IMG/VR virus record: IMGVR_UViG_3300020171_000001 | Span: 32,001 to 96,000 of that record | Origin: a virus | Length of the DNA stretch: 64,000 nt | Reading direction: 5' to 3' (one strand) | Shown here: positions 8,580-18,077 of the stretch, one piece after another | How positions within the stretch are numbered: position 1 is the stretch's first letter | Layout: each line of letters starts with the position of its first letter | Notes under the pieces: generated by a model | What the model saw: only the letters and a program-made list of their open reading frames with translations | What the model was told of the DNA's origin: nothing | Database searches by the model: none | Program-made: the position numbers and the translations under genes

Positions 8580-8796
8580 TGCCCGGGAACAGCAACAGAT
8601 AAGCCGATCACAGCGGCTCAGGCTCCGCGTTGCCATGAATTCCGCAGACTGCGCAAGGCCCTGGCAGGCGCAGGAGGGGGCATCGGGTCTCGCCCCAAGT
8701 CACAGCAAAAGGACGACCGTGGCTCCCGCTGAATAAGGAGAGCATCGGGCAACCTCGGCAATGCCAGATTCGGGGCCTTGTGATACCTTGGGGTGC

Positions 8797-10614
8797 ATGA
8801 GAACGAGCGTAAAGCCCATCATCGGAATCGACCTGGGGACCACGCACACGGTCATGGCCTGCGTGGACGAGCTGGAAGGGCCCGCGCGGGTCGTGGCGAT
8901 TCCGCAGGTGACGGGGCCCGGAGTCGTGGAGTCCCGGGACGTACTGCCCTCCTTCATCTACCTGGCGGCTGGACCCGAGCTGCCGCCCGGGGCCCTGCGC
9001 CTGCCGTGGTCGGAAAGCGGTCGTGACTACGTCGTGGGTGAACTGGCCCGGTCGCAGGGCTCTGCGGTGCCAACCCGTCTGGTAGCGTCAGCCAAGTCGT
9101 GGCTGTGCCACCCAGGTGTGGACCGCACGGCGCCTGTGCTGCCGTGGCGGGCCCCGGCAGACGTGGCAGGCATCTCTCCCTTGGACGCCACCACGCGCAT
9201 CCTGGAGCACCTCCGAAGCGCCTGGGGCCATGCCCACGGGCACGGGCACGTCGCTGCGGGGGCCGCGCTGGGTGCGTCGGGTTCGCTCTTGAGCGATCTG
9301 GACGTGTTCTTGACTGTGCCGGCGTCCTTCGACGCGGTGGCTCGAGAGATGACCATGACCGCGGCCCACCGGGCAGGTCTGGAACGGGTCACCCTGCTGG
9401 AAGAGCCCCAGGCCGCTTTCTATGCTTGGCTCGCCGCAACCGGGGAGACATGGCGGGACCTACTGAAGGTCGGGGACGTGGCGCTGGTGTGCGACGTGGG
9501 TGGGGGAACCACTGACTTCTCCCTCATCGAAGTGGCGAGCCGGGGCGGGGACCTCGCTCTGGAACGCGTGGCGGTAGGCGACCACCTGATGCTGGGCGGC
9601 GACAACATGGACCTAGCCCTGGCGCACGTCCTGGCGGCTCGCCTCGGGGGCGGCTTGGACGCTTGGCAAGCCCGTTCCCTGTGGATCGTGGCTCGGGATG
9701 CCAAGGAGCAGCTCCTGGCAGATCCAGAGCGTCTGTCGGCGCCGGTGACCGTGCTGGGACGCGGATCCCGTGTCGTGGGCAAAGCAGTGACCACTGAGCT
9801 CACGCAGGCCGATGTGCAGCAGGTGATCCTGGACGGTTTCTTCCCACGGTGCACTGCAGATGCCCGGCCGGTCGTGGGCCGGCGCTCCGGTATTCAGGAG
9901 GCGGGGCTGCCCTACGCCTCGGACCCGGCGGTTACGCGGCACCTCGCCCGGTTCGTGGGGGACCATGGCAAGATGCCTACAGCCATCCTGTTCAACGGGG
10001 GCGTGATGAAGGCCGCAGCGCTTCGCCAACGGATCGCTGAGGTGCTGGAAAGCTGGATGCCCGACTCAGGGACTCTCCGAGTCCTCGAGAGCGTGAGCCT
10101 GGACTTGGCCGTGGCGCAGGGCGCTGCAGTCTACGGCCGGGTGCGCCAGAGCGGCAAGGGCGTTCGGATTCGGGGCGGGACGGCTCGGTCGTACTACCTC
10201 GGCATCGAGGGCGCCATGCCAGCGATCCCAGGCCTCCCGCCGCCGCTCAAGGCCCTGTGCGTGGTGCCCTTCGGCATGGAGGAAGGCACCGAGGCCGATG
10301 TGCCGGGGCCCGAGCTGGCCCTGGTGGTGGGCGAACCGGCCGAGTTCCGATTTCTGTCCTCCACGGTGCGCAAAGACGATGGACTGGGCGCTCTGTTGGA
10401 AACCTGGTCTTCGCAGGAAATCAAGGAGCTGGCACCCGTCAGGGCCGCGATGGAGGGCCCGGGCAGCGCCACGGTCCTGGTCACACTGCATGCCCGGGTC
10501 ACCGAGGTAGGCACCCTGGAGCTCGAGCTGCGCTCGCTGCAGGATGACCATGTCTGGAAGCTGGAATACTCAGTGCGGGAGCAGCAGGACACGGCTCCGC
10601 CCATTGGCTCGTAG
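8797..10614 (+). CDS. Hsp70-family protein (non-canonical, no DnaK lid)
   Basis: GIDLGTT, TVPASFD, LLEEPQAAFY, DVGGGTTDF, LGGDNMD, LFNGG ATPase motifs. Confidence 0.9.
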   Translation: MRTSVKPIIGIDLGTTHTVMACVDELEGPARVVAIPQVTGPGVVESRDVLPSFIYLAAGPELPPGALRLPWSESGRDYVVGELARSQGSAVPTRLVASAKSWLCHPGVDRTAPVLPWRAPADVAGISPLDATTRILEHLRSAWGHAHGHGHVAAGAALGASGSLLSDLDVFLTVPASFDAVAREMTMTAAHRAGLERVTLLEEPQAAFYAWLAATGETWRDLLKVGDVALVCDVGGGTTDFSLIEVASRGGDLALERVAVGDHLMLGGDNMDLALAHVLAARLGGGLDAWQARSLWIVARDAKEQLLADPERLSAPVTVLGRGSRVVGKAVTTELTQADVQQVILDGFFPRCTADARPVVGRRSGIQEAGLPYASDPAVTRHLARFVGDHGKMPTAILFNGGVMKAAALRQRIAEVLESWMPDSGTLRVLESVSLDLAVAQGAAVYGRVRQSGKGVRIRGGTARSYYLGIEGAMPAIPGLPPPLKALCVVPFGMEEGTEADVPGPELALVVGEPAEFRFLSSTVRKDDGLGALLETWSSQEIKELAPVRAAMEGPGSATVLVTLHARVTEVGTLELELRSLQDDHVWKLEYSVREQQDTAPPIGS

Positions 10615-10684
10615 CGTAGAAAGCGCTGGGAGCCACTGCCAGCTAGTATCCGGCGATCAGAGCCGGGTGTCCAGAGTAATCTGC

Positions 10685-10740
10685 TTGACGCCGAAGACCG
10701 CCGCCGGGTAGGGTTTCCCTGGCATGTCAGGCATGTCAGG
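10685..10740 (+). promoter_or_regulatory. promoter plus GCATGTCAG tandem operator
   Basis: TTGACG-18bp-TAGGGT, then GGCATGTCAGGCATGTCAGG. Confidence 0.5.
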
Positions 10741-10791
10741 CCACGGGCCACGGGCCAAATGCCTGGCGTTCAATCCAGCGAGAAAAGGGGC

Positions 10792-10844
10792 TTGACAAGG
10801 GCCTGCGGAGGATGTACAAACTCCTGTATGTCATGCATGTCATG
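10792..10844 (+). promoter_or_regulatory. promoter plus CATGTCA operator
   Basis: TTGACA-17bp-TACAAA, then TATGTCATGCATGTCATG. Confidence 0.5.
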
Positions 10845-11384
10845 GAACAGCAAAAAGCAAAGCGGAGGTCGACGATGAGCCGGGGTCAGAAGCGCGCATT
10901 TCAACGCCGCGTTGCAGAGCATGCCAAGCGCTTGCTCAAGAGCACCGTCTCTGGGGAGTTTCGGGGGGCCCTGGACGGCGCCGACCAGAGGTATCTCAGC
11001 CAGTGCATGTTCGCGGATGCCGAGGGCGGCCTGGGCATTCTGCTCACTCGGGACTGCGTGGGGGGCCAGCGGTTCTTGCATCTGTGCATCTCTCCTGTTC
11101 CTGGGGAGACCACGGTGATCGACAGGGACGCCGAGCGCGCGTGGCTGATGGCCGTGTTCGGAGACAACCTGGATCGCGTCTGGGGCGAACATGCTCGAAG
11201 CACCCCGGGGCAGCACCGAGGCATGAGGCACTGGCGTCTCCCCTGCGATGAAACCGCGGACTGGAATGCGACGGAGTTGGACGCTGCAGTGGCTACTGAG
11301 TTCCGGAGGCGCAGGGCTCGCCCGGCCCTGGAAATTCTCGCAGTGGTCGACCAGGCCCGTGATGGCAGAGCAAGTCCATCATAG
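10812..11384 (+). CDS. hypothetical protein (start uncertain)
   Basis: Long ORF with coding-like composition. Confidence 0.55.
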   Translation: MYKLLYVMHVMEQQKAKRRSTMSRGQKRAFQRRVAEHAKRLLKSTVSGEFRGALDGADQRYLSQCMFADAEGGLGILLTRDCVGGQRFLHLCISPVPGETTVIDRDAERAWLMAVFGDNLDRVWGEHARSTPGQHRGMRHWRLPCDETADWNATELDAAVATEFRRRRARPALEILAVVDQARDGRASPS

Positions 11385-11420
11385 TTCTTGTTTCTCGTGG
11401 GCCCGGAGTCCGCGAGGTCC

Positions 11421-11457
11421 CACGGAGTTCCACGGAGTTCCACGGAGTTCCACGGAG
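11421..11457. repeat. 3.7 x 10-bp tandem repeat (CACGGAGTTC)
   Basis: Read directly; last copy forms the GGAGG SD of the next gene. Confidence 0.9.
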
Positions 11458-11464
11458 GCGGGCA

Positions 11465-12139
11465 ATGCGAGTACCTGACGATAGCGTGCGCCGATCCACG
11501 TTTGCGTTCCTCCGGGAGCATGCATTCGCTGGTCTACTGCAGGCAGTACAGCGCATACGAGACGATGTCCCTGGGGCTCTCCAGAACCCCGGGGTGGACC
11601 TGGACCTGATCGATTTCCATCGGTGCTACGTGGAGCGACGGCAGGCCGTGATTGACGCGCTGAACCGAGACCTAGCGGCTGAAGACGCTGTGTTTGCGCT
11701 GCTGCTCCACGAGTGGCTCGTCCCGCAGTCTCGGGGGGACACCGTGGACGCAGTGGGTCTTGACGCGCGTCTAGCTCTGCTAGCCTGCGAAGGCCTACGT
11801 GGGTCGAAGCAGACGAGCTCCGTAGTTGCGCCCGAGGCGGCACCGATGACAGCGAGATCTGCGGCAAAGCCCGCGGGCTCGCCTGGGGCCCGGTCCCAGG
11901 CCACGGCGGACTCGGGTGCATACTCGGAGGGCGACTGGGAAGAGGCTCTGGGCGCCATTGAGGAGGCCCTCGGCCTTCTGGACGATCTGCCTGAGCGCGC
12001 TGCCGGGTTCCGCGTGGGTGTGGAGGAGAAGTTGACTAGCATCGCAGAGTGGATCGTGGACAACGAGCATGTGACCGGGGCCCAATGCGATGCCATCAGC
12101 AACATGCTGAGGGGGGTCAACAAGTGGCTGCACCGATAG
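11465..12139 (+). CDS. hypothetical protein
   Basis: GGAGG SD; coding-like. Confidence 0.55.
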   Translation: MRVPDDSVRRSTFAFLREHAFAGLLQAVQRIRDDVPGALQNPGVDLDLIDFHRCYVERRQAVIDALNRDLAAEDAVFALLLHEWLVPQSRGDTVDAVGLDARLALLACEGLRGSKQTSSVVAPEAAPMTARSAAKPAGSPGARSQATADSGAYSEGDWEEALGAIEEALGLLDDLPERAAGFRVGVEEKLTSIAEWIVDNEHVTGAQCDAISNMLRGVNKWLHR

Positions 12140-12747
12140 CAACAGAAGCGCAAAGACTGCTGCAAGACCTGAAAGAGCGCGCACTTGCAGCCTTCTGCGA
12201 GCACCGAGTCACGCAGGTTGGTCCGGGGCACTGGGTCTTCCGGCGGCTTGGCACAGGCGCATTCTACGTGGAAGTTGTGGCCCTGACAGGATGCGGGCAC
12301 CTGCTTGTCGCCGGCGACATCGACACGTGCGCATTCAGTACCTTCTCGCGGCCCCGGGAGGCAACTGACGAGGATCTGGCGTTGGCCATGCTCCGGTGGA
12401 TCGGCGGGCAGACTTCTCCGTCAGGATACGTGGAGGAGAAGGCCCGGATCGGCCTGACAGACCGTGGCCAGCTCGCCCAGGTCTACGAGTCGGAAGTGGC
12501 CCGCGAGGAGATCCAGGGGCTTCTACGCGAGGAAGACGACGAGGACCGCCGCGGGGTCTTCGCCGAGGCTCTGCACTACACCGATGAGCGCCAGCCGCTC
12601 CTGACGTTTCTGTACGAAGCGACGGGGGACGCTGAGCTGGTTTCTGACCTTGGCATGGTCACCAGCCCGCGCGTGATTTGGGCATGGGCGGCGGTGCGCC
12701 AGCTCATGCTGGCACTGGTAGAGGTTGAGGCTGAGGCTGGGACGTAG
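12124..12747 (+). CDS. hypothetical phage protein
   Basis: GTG overlapping previous gene; coding-like. Confidence 0.55.
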   Translation: MAAPIATEAQRLLQDLKERALAAFCEHRVTQVGPGHWVFRRLGTGAFYVEVVALTGCGHLLVAGDIDTCAFSTFSRPREATDEDLALAMLRWIGGQTSPSGYVEEKARIGLTDRGQLAQVYESEVAREEIQGLLREEDDEDRRGVFAEALHYTDERQPLLTFLYEATGDAELVSDLGMVTSPRVIWAWAAVRQLMLALVEVEAEAGT

Positions 12748-12801
12748 AATCTAGCAGAGGGCTTATTCAGCCCTTGACAAGGCCCTTTTGCAGGAGATAT
12801 C

Positions 12802-13029
12802 ATGGCATCCAGGAGCAAGAAGAAAGGCGGGGAAGAGAAGACCGGTGGGACTGCACCCAAGGCTCGAAGTCATCGGGTGCCCAACGTAGTACGGAACACG
12901 AAGGTGAACCTGCTCGACCGGCACATCCAATGGCTGGAGGGCCAAGCGCAGGAACGCGGCTGCTCGCGGTCGCAGGTCCTGCGGGACCTGATCGACAGGC
13001 TAATGAACTGCGCGTGGGACACGCCATGA
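12802..13029 (+). CDS. ribbon-helix-helix (CopG-like) regulator
   Basis: TKVNL...IQWL...A...GCSRSQVLRDLID pattern; AGGAG SD. Confidence 0.7.
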   Translation: MASRSKKKGGEEKTGGTAPKARSHRVPNVVRNTKVNLLDRHIQWLEGQAQERGCSRSQVLRDLIDRLMNCAWDTP

Positions 13030-13283
13030 CGCTCATCGGCAATTGCATCCTGCGGTACCTGGCTGGCGGCAAGCCGCGGGACCTCAAGGCCATTGCGAAT
13101 ACCTGCCGCTGCCGCGCGGAGGACGCTGCGGTAGAACTGACCGGCTTTCAAGCGCGTGAACTGGTGTCGCGTGTCGGACGCGGGTACGTCTTGACCCCTA
13201 TGGGGCTGGCCGTCGCCAATCGCTTGAAGCCCTGCGTGGCAACTGAAACGCGGGGAGACAATGGGGAGCTCGTGCCATGTTGA
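13026..13283 (+). CDS. winged-helix protein
   Basis: ILRYL...IA...L..LV.R....Y.LT..G wHTH pattern. Confidence 0.5.
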   Translation: MTLIGNCILRYLAGGKPRDLKAIANTCRCRAEDAAVELTGFQARELVSRVGRGYVLTPMGLAVANRLKPCVATETRGDNGELVPC

Positions 13284-13930
13284 CCAAATCTAAATCGGTC
13301 GAATCAGCCAAATCAGTGGGCTCAGTGGGCCCGACGATCCGGGATTGCCACGACCTGATTCACCAACGAGACGTGTTGCGCCAGGGCAAACTGTCCATTG
13401 CTGCGTTCGCTACGGGGTACTCGGATGCTACGGCGCCCACGGATTCAGACACGACGGTCTTCGGGTGCTGGGTCCGGGTAGGCAGCACACGGGCTATCTT
13501 GGCTGCGCCGTGCAAGTCAAATAGCCGTTGGACGGCTGTAACGGACGCAGAGCTCTGCGGGGTCTACGGCGCTGTCTACATGGCCATGTCCTTGCTCGAG
13601 GAGTACCCGGGCTTGCCCAGGGCGCAGAACTTGGTGGTCGAAACCGGCTCGCTGGCGGTCCGCAACTGGTTCCAGGGTCGCGGTCTGAAGGGTACTGACT
13701 CCTACGTGCTCGAGCGCGTGTACTGGAGTTTGCGCTGGCCCCTTGAAGCCCATGGGATCAAGGTCGTGGTCAAGTGGGCCAAAGGTCATCAGTCTCCCGG
13801 TACAGGCACCGAGGCCTATCTCAGCAACCGGGTAGACGTACTGGCCAAGGAAGTCTGGCGCACGGGCCAAGAGCGCCGGTGGGTTGGCCACGGCGCGAGG
13901 CCAGGACCCGCTCGATCCGCGAGTGCATGA
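13277..13930 (+). CDS. RNase H-like protein (degenerate active site)
   Basis: YSDA, DAEL, ETGS (expected TDS), KWAKGH, NRVDVLAK. Confidence 0.65.
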   Translation: MLTKSKSVESAKSVGSVGPTIRDCHDLIHQRDVLRQGKLSIAAFATGYSDATAPTDSDTTVFGCWVRVGSTRAILAAPCKSNSRWTAVTDAELCGVYGAVYMAMSLLEEYPGLPRAQNLVVETGSLAVRNWFQGRGLKGTDSYVLERVYWSLRWPLEAHGIKVVVKWAKGHQSPGTGTEAYLSNRVDVLAKEVWRTGQERRWVGHGARPGPARSASA

Positions 13931-14478
13931 TGGCGCAACGGAGCTTCCAGATCCCCGAGCTTGTTACCCGCGTGAGACGAGCAGGCTTGAGCCCGAACCA
14001 GGTCCTGGCCTTTGGGTCGAACCACGCGGGGTTTCACGGAGCTGGAATAGCCGGACTGGCGTTTCGCGGTACGCCAGAGAACACGTGGCGTTGCGACTCT
14101 GCGTTTCTGCGCGCCATGCGGGCTCAGCCTGGGTCTCCGGACCGCGTTGGTTTGCGAGCCGTATACGGTGTGGGCAGAGGACCGCAGCAGGGCCGCGAAG
14201 GGCTGGGCTATGCCATCGAGACCGTGCGCCGCCCTGGGGCTCGTTGCTCCGTGCCCCTGAGTGAGATTCGCGAGCAAGTCATGGGCCTCGTGCGGTGGGC
14301 TGCTGAGCATGCAGATCTCGAGGTCTTTTGCTGTGTCTCCGGTGCCGGGTACAACGGGTGGAGCACATGCGAAGTACGCAACGGAGTCTACTCCGGTGTT
14401 GATTTTCCGGAGAACATTTGCATCCCGGCAGACATGGCGATGACGCCAACAGGTCTCACAGAGAGCGAATGCTGCTAG
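13927..14478 (+). CDS. macrodomain-like phage protein (FGSN..G.HG.G family)
   Basis: VLAFGSNHAGFHGAGIA, A.YG.G.G.QG...YAI.T, GAGYNG. Confidence 0.65.
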   Translation: MMAQRSFQIPELVTRVRRAGLSPNQVLAFGSNHAGFHGAGIAGLAFRGTPENTWRCDSAFLRAMRAQPGSPDRVGLRAVYGVGRGPQQGREGLGYAIETVRRPGARCSVPLSEIREQVMGLVRWAAEHADLEVFCCVSGAGYNGWSTCEVRNGVYSGVDFPENICIPADMAMTPTGLTESECC

Positions 14479-14552
14479 CGGCTTTGCTGGCTGCCAAGGG
14501 TGATAGGGCCGACGTTCAACTGCCCGGCGTCCACGGGCAAAGGGTGTGAAAA

Positions 14553-15242
14553 ATGTCTCGTGCTCTGACTGGTATGCTCTTGCTGTGCAGTTCCCTGCTG
14601 TGCTCCTGCGACCGCGGGGCATCTGCAGCGGTGCCCGATGTGGTCCGCGCGCACCGTTTTGAACTGGTTGATAACGCAGGGAAGGTGCACGCAAAACTAG
14701 AAATGGGGCCAGGCGGAGAGGGTGCGGTGCTCGCGCTGTTTGATGCAGCGGGGGGGAGGCGCGCGGGGGTGGAAGTGCACGCCAACGGTGCTTCTCAGCT
14801 CACGCTGTACGATGCTGCTGGGAAGGCGCGGGGCGGACTGGGCGTTGACGCTAACGGTACGCCAGGGCTCACACTGCAAGACGCGGCAGGAAAGGCCCAC
14901 GTGGCTATAGGCGTCACTGAACGCGGCACCCCGGGGCTCTCGCTGTACGACACAACGGGGTCAATGCGCGCGTTCGTCCTCCCGACAGGGCTTGTCCTAA
15001 ACGATGCAGCGGGGAAGGCCCTCGCGGGGGTAGTCCTGCGCGAAAACGGCACTCCAGGGTTCATGCTCTACGACGAAGCAGGAACAGCCCGCGCGGGTCT
15101 GGCCGGGGCCGCAGATGGCAGCGGAGGGCTCGTGCTGTTGGACGCGAGGGGAACGACTCGCGCGTTTTTAAGTGTGACGGATGGCGCTTCGGGGCTCACG
15201 TTGTGGGATGCAACGGGCAAGGTAACACGCTCGTTACCTTGA
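14553..15242 (+). CDS. lipoprotein with LxDxAGKxR beta-hairpin repeats
   Basis: Signal peptide with Cys; about 9 repeats of ~22 aa. Confidence 0.65.
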   Translation: MSRALTGMLLLCSSLLCSCDRGASAAVPDVVRAHRFELVDNAGKVHAKLEMGPGGEGAVLALFDAAGGRRAGVEVHANGASQLTLYDAAGKARGGLGVDANGTPGLTLQDAAGKAHVAIGVTERGTPGLSLYDTTGSMRAFVLPTGLVLNDAAGKALAGVVLRENGTPGFMLYDEAGTARAGLAGAADGSGGLVLLDARGTTRAFLSVTDGASGLTLWDATGKVTRSLP

Positions 15243-15279
15243 CGCAGGAATGCACGATGGGCAACTCGGACACAGGCAA

Positions 15280-15804
15280 ATGAGCAGGCCTGCGGGGCAC
15301 TGCCGGTTCATTGCTGCGGTCTGCACTGTCTGCGGCCGCGAGCACTTGGCGAAGTCGAAGTCCAAACTCCGTTGCGATGCGTGCACAGCAGTACGTGAGC
15401 AGGGCCGCATTCGGCCGGGGGCCAGGCGACGGGCAAGTTCCCGACGCGCGGACATTATCAAGGGTATCGAAGCAGGCACCACGCGCGCTGGTGCCCTCGC
15501 GGCACAATTGCGCAGGACGCCGCAGTCAATTGGACTAATGCTGCGCTTCATGGCCCTCGACGGGCTGGTAACGCAGACTGAGTCTGGCGCGTGGGCGCTG
15601 GTGACAACGAAGCCGGTTCCGCGAGCAGGGCCTGTTCTACCCGCTGATAGCGCTCCGATGCGGGGCCGAGCAGGGGCTGTGCAGCGGCGCAACGAGGTCT
15701 GCCCAGCGTTCTCTGCATGCGGTGCATATGCTTGCCGTGTCAGGTGGCCTGCGTGGCACTGCGCTGATTGCCCACGTGCGGGCGAGGGGGCAGGGCAGCG
15801 ATGA
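15280..15804 (+). CDS. Zn-finger plus HTH protein with C-terminal Cys/Trp motif
   Basis: CTVC..CDAC, HTH-like segment, C.....C..YA....W..W.C.DCP. Confidence 0.5.
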   Translation: MSRPAGHCRFIAAVCTVCGREHLAKSKSKLRCDACTAVREQGRIRPGARRRASSRRADIIKGIEAGTTRAGALAAQLRRTPQSIGLMLRFMALDGLVTQTESGAWALVTTKPVPRAGPVLPADSAPMRGRAGAVQRRNEVCPAFSACGAYACRVRWPAWHCADCPRAGEGAGQR

Positions 15805-16409
15805 CCGCCATTTACGCGACGCTGAGGAGGTCGTGATGAGCGCATGTGAGAGATGCTGGGCCGAAGCCGGGGGCAACGCAGGCGAGTACCGGCGGCTGTT
15901 GTCGCTTCGCTCCTGCACACCTGAGCAGCAGGCGGGGCCAGACGCGGGGCTGTGCCTGCATTGTGGCCGGAGAACTCGGCACCAACACACCGGCGAGTGC
16001 ATGGTCCATGGCTGCGACGAGCGCCGGATGATGCTCAACGAGGAGCCAAGACGATGACCACCAAGCGCAAGCCGACCAAAGATTTCCCGCCCATCGGGTG
16101 GCGTGGCCTGAAACGTCACGGCAAGGGCGCGTGGCGAGAGACAAGACGGCATGATGACACCTCCTGGAGCGTGGGGCATGGGTGGCCGTGCGGTGGAATG
16201 CCATCTGAGGTCGCACCTCTCCCGGGCGAGACATGGCCAGGCGAGGATGCGCCCGAGCAAGAGATCGAGCGGCTGCGCAATGCCATGACGGCTGCGCTTG
16301 CCATCTTCGAGGACCGGGAGCGGTTCATGGTGATGGGGCCGCTCGGGACACTGCAAGCGACGCGGATTTTACGGGCGGCGCTGGAGACGGCCCGACACGG
16401 GAGCGACCG

Positions 16410-16592
16410 ATGACGACGAAAAACCTTGAGACGATCTTGGCCCGAACGCTACTGGCGTTGCAAGGATACCGGCGCGGCGATCATGGCGACTGGCATGACC
16501 CGGCGCATGCGGCGGCCGTGCGCGCGAGCCTGGACGCCACGAGGGCGCTAGCCGCGTGGCGGCAGACCCCGAAAGTGGACAAAAGGCGATGA
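16410..16592 (+). CDS. small hypothetical protein (paralog of 18078-18284)
   Basis: ATGA overlaps at both ends; HAAAVRASLD..RALA.WRQT. Confidence 0.55.
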   Translation: MTTKNLETILARTLLALQGYRRGDHGDWHDPAHAAAVRASLDATRALAAWRQTPKVDKRR

Positions 16593-16834
16593 CCGCCGTG
16601 TATGCGATAGACCCCGGCCCGGTGCAGAGCGCCTATGTGCTGATGGTCGAGCGCGAGATCGACGACCACGGCATTGTGGAGAACGTCGAATTGCTGGAGC
16701 GCATCTGGCGCCGCGATGCGCCGCAGACGTTGGCCATCGAGATGATCGCCAGCTACGGGATGCCCGTCGGTCGTGAGGTGTTCGAGACGTGCACGTTTTT
16801 CATTTCAACAGTTGGCTTTGCGGCGCCCATGTGA
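16589..16834 (+). pseudogene. truncated RuvC-like Holliday junction resolvase (5' half)
   Basis: AIDPG..SAYV, AIEMIASYGMPVGREVFETC, then abrupt switch to low-GC sequence. Confidence 0.8.
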
Positions 16835-16947
16835 ATATGATGTTTTTGCGTGTGGCTATACCTGTAACCCGTTATGTCTCCTCTCCGGCGGTGACCCTCC
16901 TGGGCCACACGCAACCGCCGGTTGAGGGGGCATCATCGGCGGATGTC

Positions 16948-17484
16948 ATGGAAACAAAAGTATGTTCAAGATGTAGGACGCCAAAAGCAATATCATTTTT
17001 TAGTAAGCACTCCCGTGGAACATTTGGCGTACAAGCATACTGCAAAGAATGTGTACACAGCCACTATCTTGAACACAAAGAGGATGTTTTTGCGCGTGCG
17101 CGCAGGCGCAGATCAGCCGAGTCCGGGAGAGAGCAAGAACGCAAGTGGCAGCGTGATAGAAGAACAAACTTCCCTATTAAGCGAATGATCCAAGAGGCAT
17201 CTGTACGTGCGCGAAAACGTGGATTTGATTTTAATTTAACTGAAGATGATTTAACAATGCCTGAATTTTGTCCAGTTCTTGGAATAAGGCTTGAGCGCAA
17301 GGGTTTTCCAAGAGCTGATTCCAGTCCATCTATTGATCGGATTGATTCACACAGGGGGTACATAAAGGGGAATGTTATTATTATAAGTTGGCGGGCGAAT
17401 AGAATTAAAAGCGATGCAACGCTTGAAGAATTGGAACTTATCGCGGCGTTCTATAGGAAAATTCATGAGAATTCTTGCAGTTGA
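16948..17484 (+). CDS. HNH-like (His-Me finger) homing endonuclease
   Basis: N-terminal CSRC..CKEC; CPVLG, SPSIDRIDS..GY.KGNV.IIS.RAN..K; low GC. Confidence 0.8.
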   Translation: METKVCSRCRTPKAISFFSKHSRGTFGVQAYCKECVHSHYLEHKEDVFARARRRRSAESGREQERKWQRDRRTNFPIKRMIQEASVRARKRGFDFNLTEDDLTMPEFCPVLGIRLERKGFPRADSSPSIDRIDSHRGYIKGNVIIISWRANRIKSDATLEELELIAAFYRKIHENSCS

Positions 17485-17971
17485 TCCAGGCCCGCAGCGT
17501 TCTGCGTGGGTCGTAATTAACGAAGATGGATCCAGTCATCCTCTGGTTGTAAGTTTTGCACTGGAGCCAAACGATGATTTGCTAGCCCGTATTCGAGAGC
17601 AGCGTTTTTGCTCACCACCGCTTCCTATGCACTGCGCTATGGAGATGGTGGCCAGTTACGGGATGCCCGTTGGGCGCGAGGTGTTTGATACGGTGTGGTG
17701 GGCTGGTCGATTTGCGCAGTGCTTCGGAGCGGACTCAGTTGATCGGATTTACCGATTACAAGTCAAGTTGGCGATATGCAAAGACAGCAGGGCGAAAGAT
17801 AGCAACGTCCGCCAGGCGATCATTGACCGCTACCCGGCGACGGGCGGCGGCCGGGTGCCGCAGATCGGGACCAAGGCGAAGCCCGGACCGCTGTACGGGG
17901 TGCGGGCGGACGAGTGGGCCGCGATAGGCGTGGCCCTCACTTGGCTTGGACGGGCATCCAAGGAGAACTAA
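17465..17971 (+). CDS. RuvC-like Holliday junction resolvase (complete)
   Basis: ILAVDPG, EMVASYGMPVGREVF, VK...C....AKD.N.RQA, D.WAA.GVA. Confidence 0.85.
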   Translation: MRILAVDPGPQRSAWVVINEDGSSHPLVVSFALEPNDDLLARIREQRFCSPPLPMHCAMEMVASYGMPVGREVFDTVWWAGRFAQCFGADSVDRIYRLQVKLAICKDSRAKDSNVRQAIIDRYPATGGGRVPQIGTKAKPGPLYGVRADEWAAIGVALTWLGRASKEN

Positions 17972-18077
17972 AACGATGACCGCACCGTTTGCGCTCACGC
18001 CCCCGCTCTACGGCGGGGCACGGGACAACGATACTCCGCGTCCGAGATGAGCACGGGGCACAGAGCGAGGTGAAGCC

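Noticed and set aside
12774-12803. Promoter TTGACA-18-TATCAT for the 12802 RHH gene
   Set aside because: The -10 box overlaps the ATG and an SD lies within the spacer, so it cannot drive that start; left unannotated
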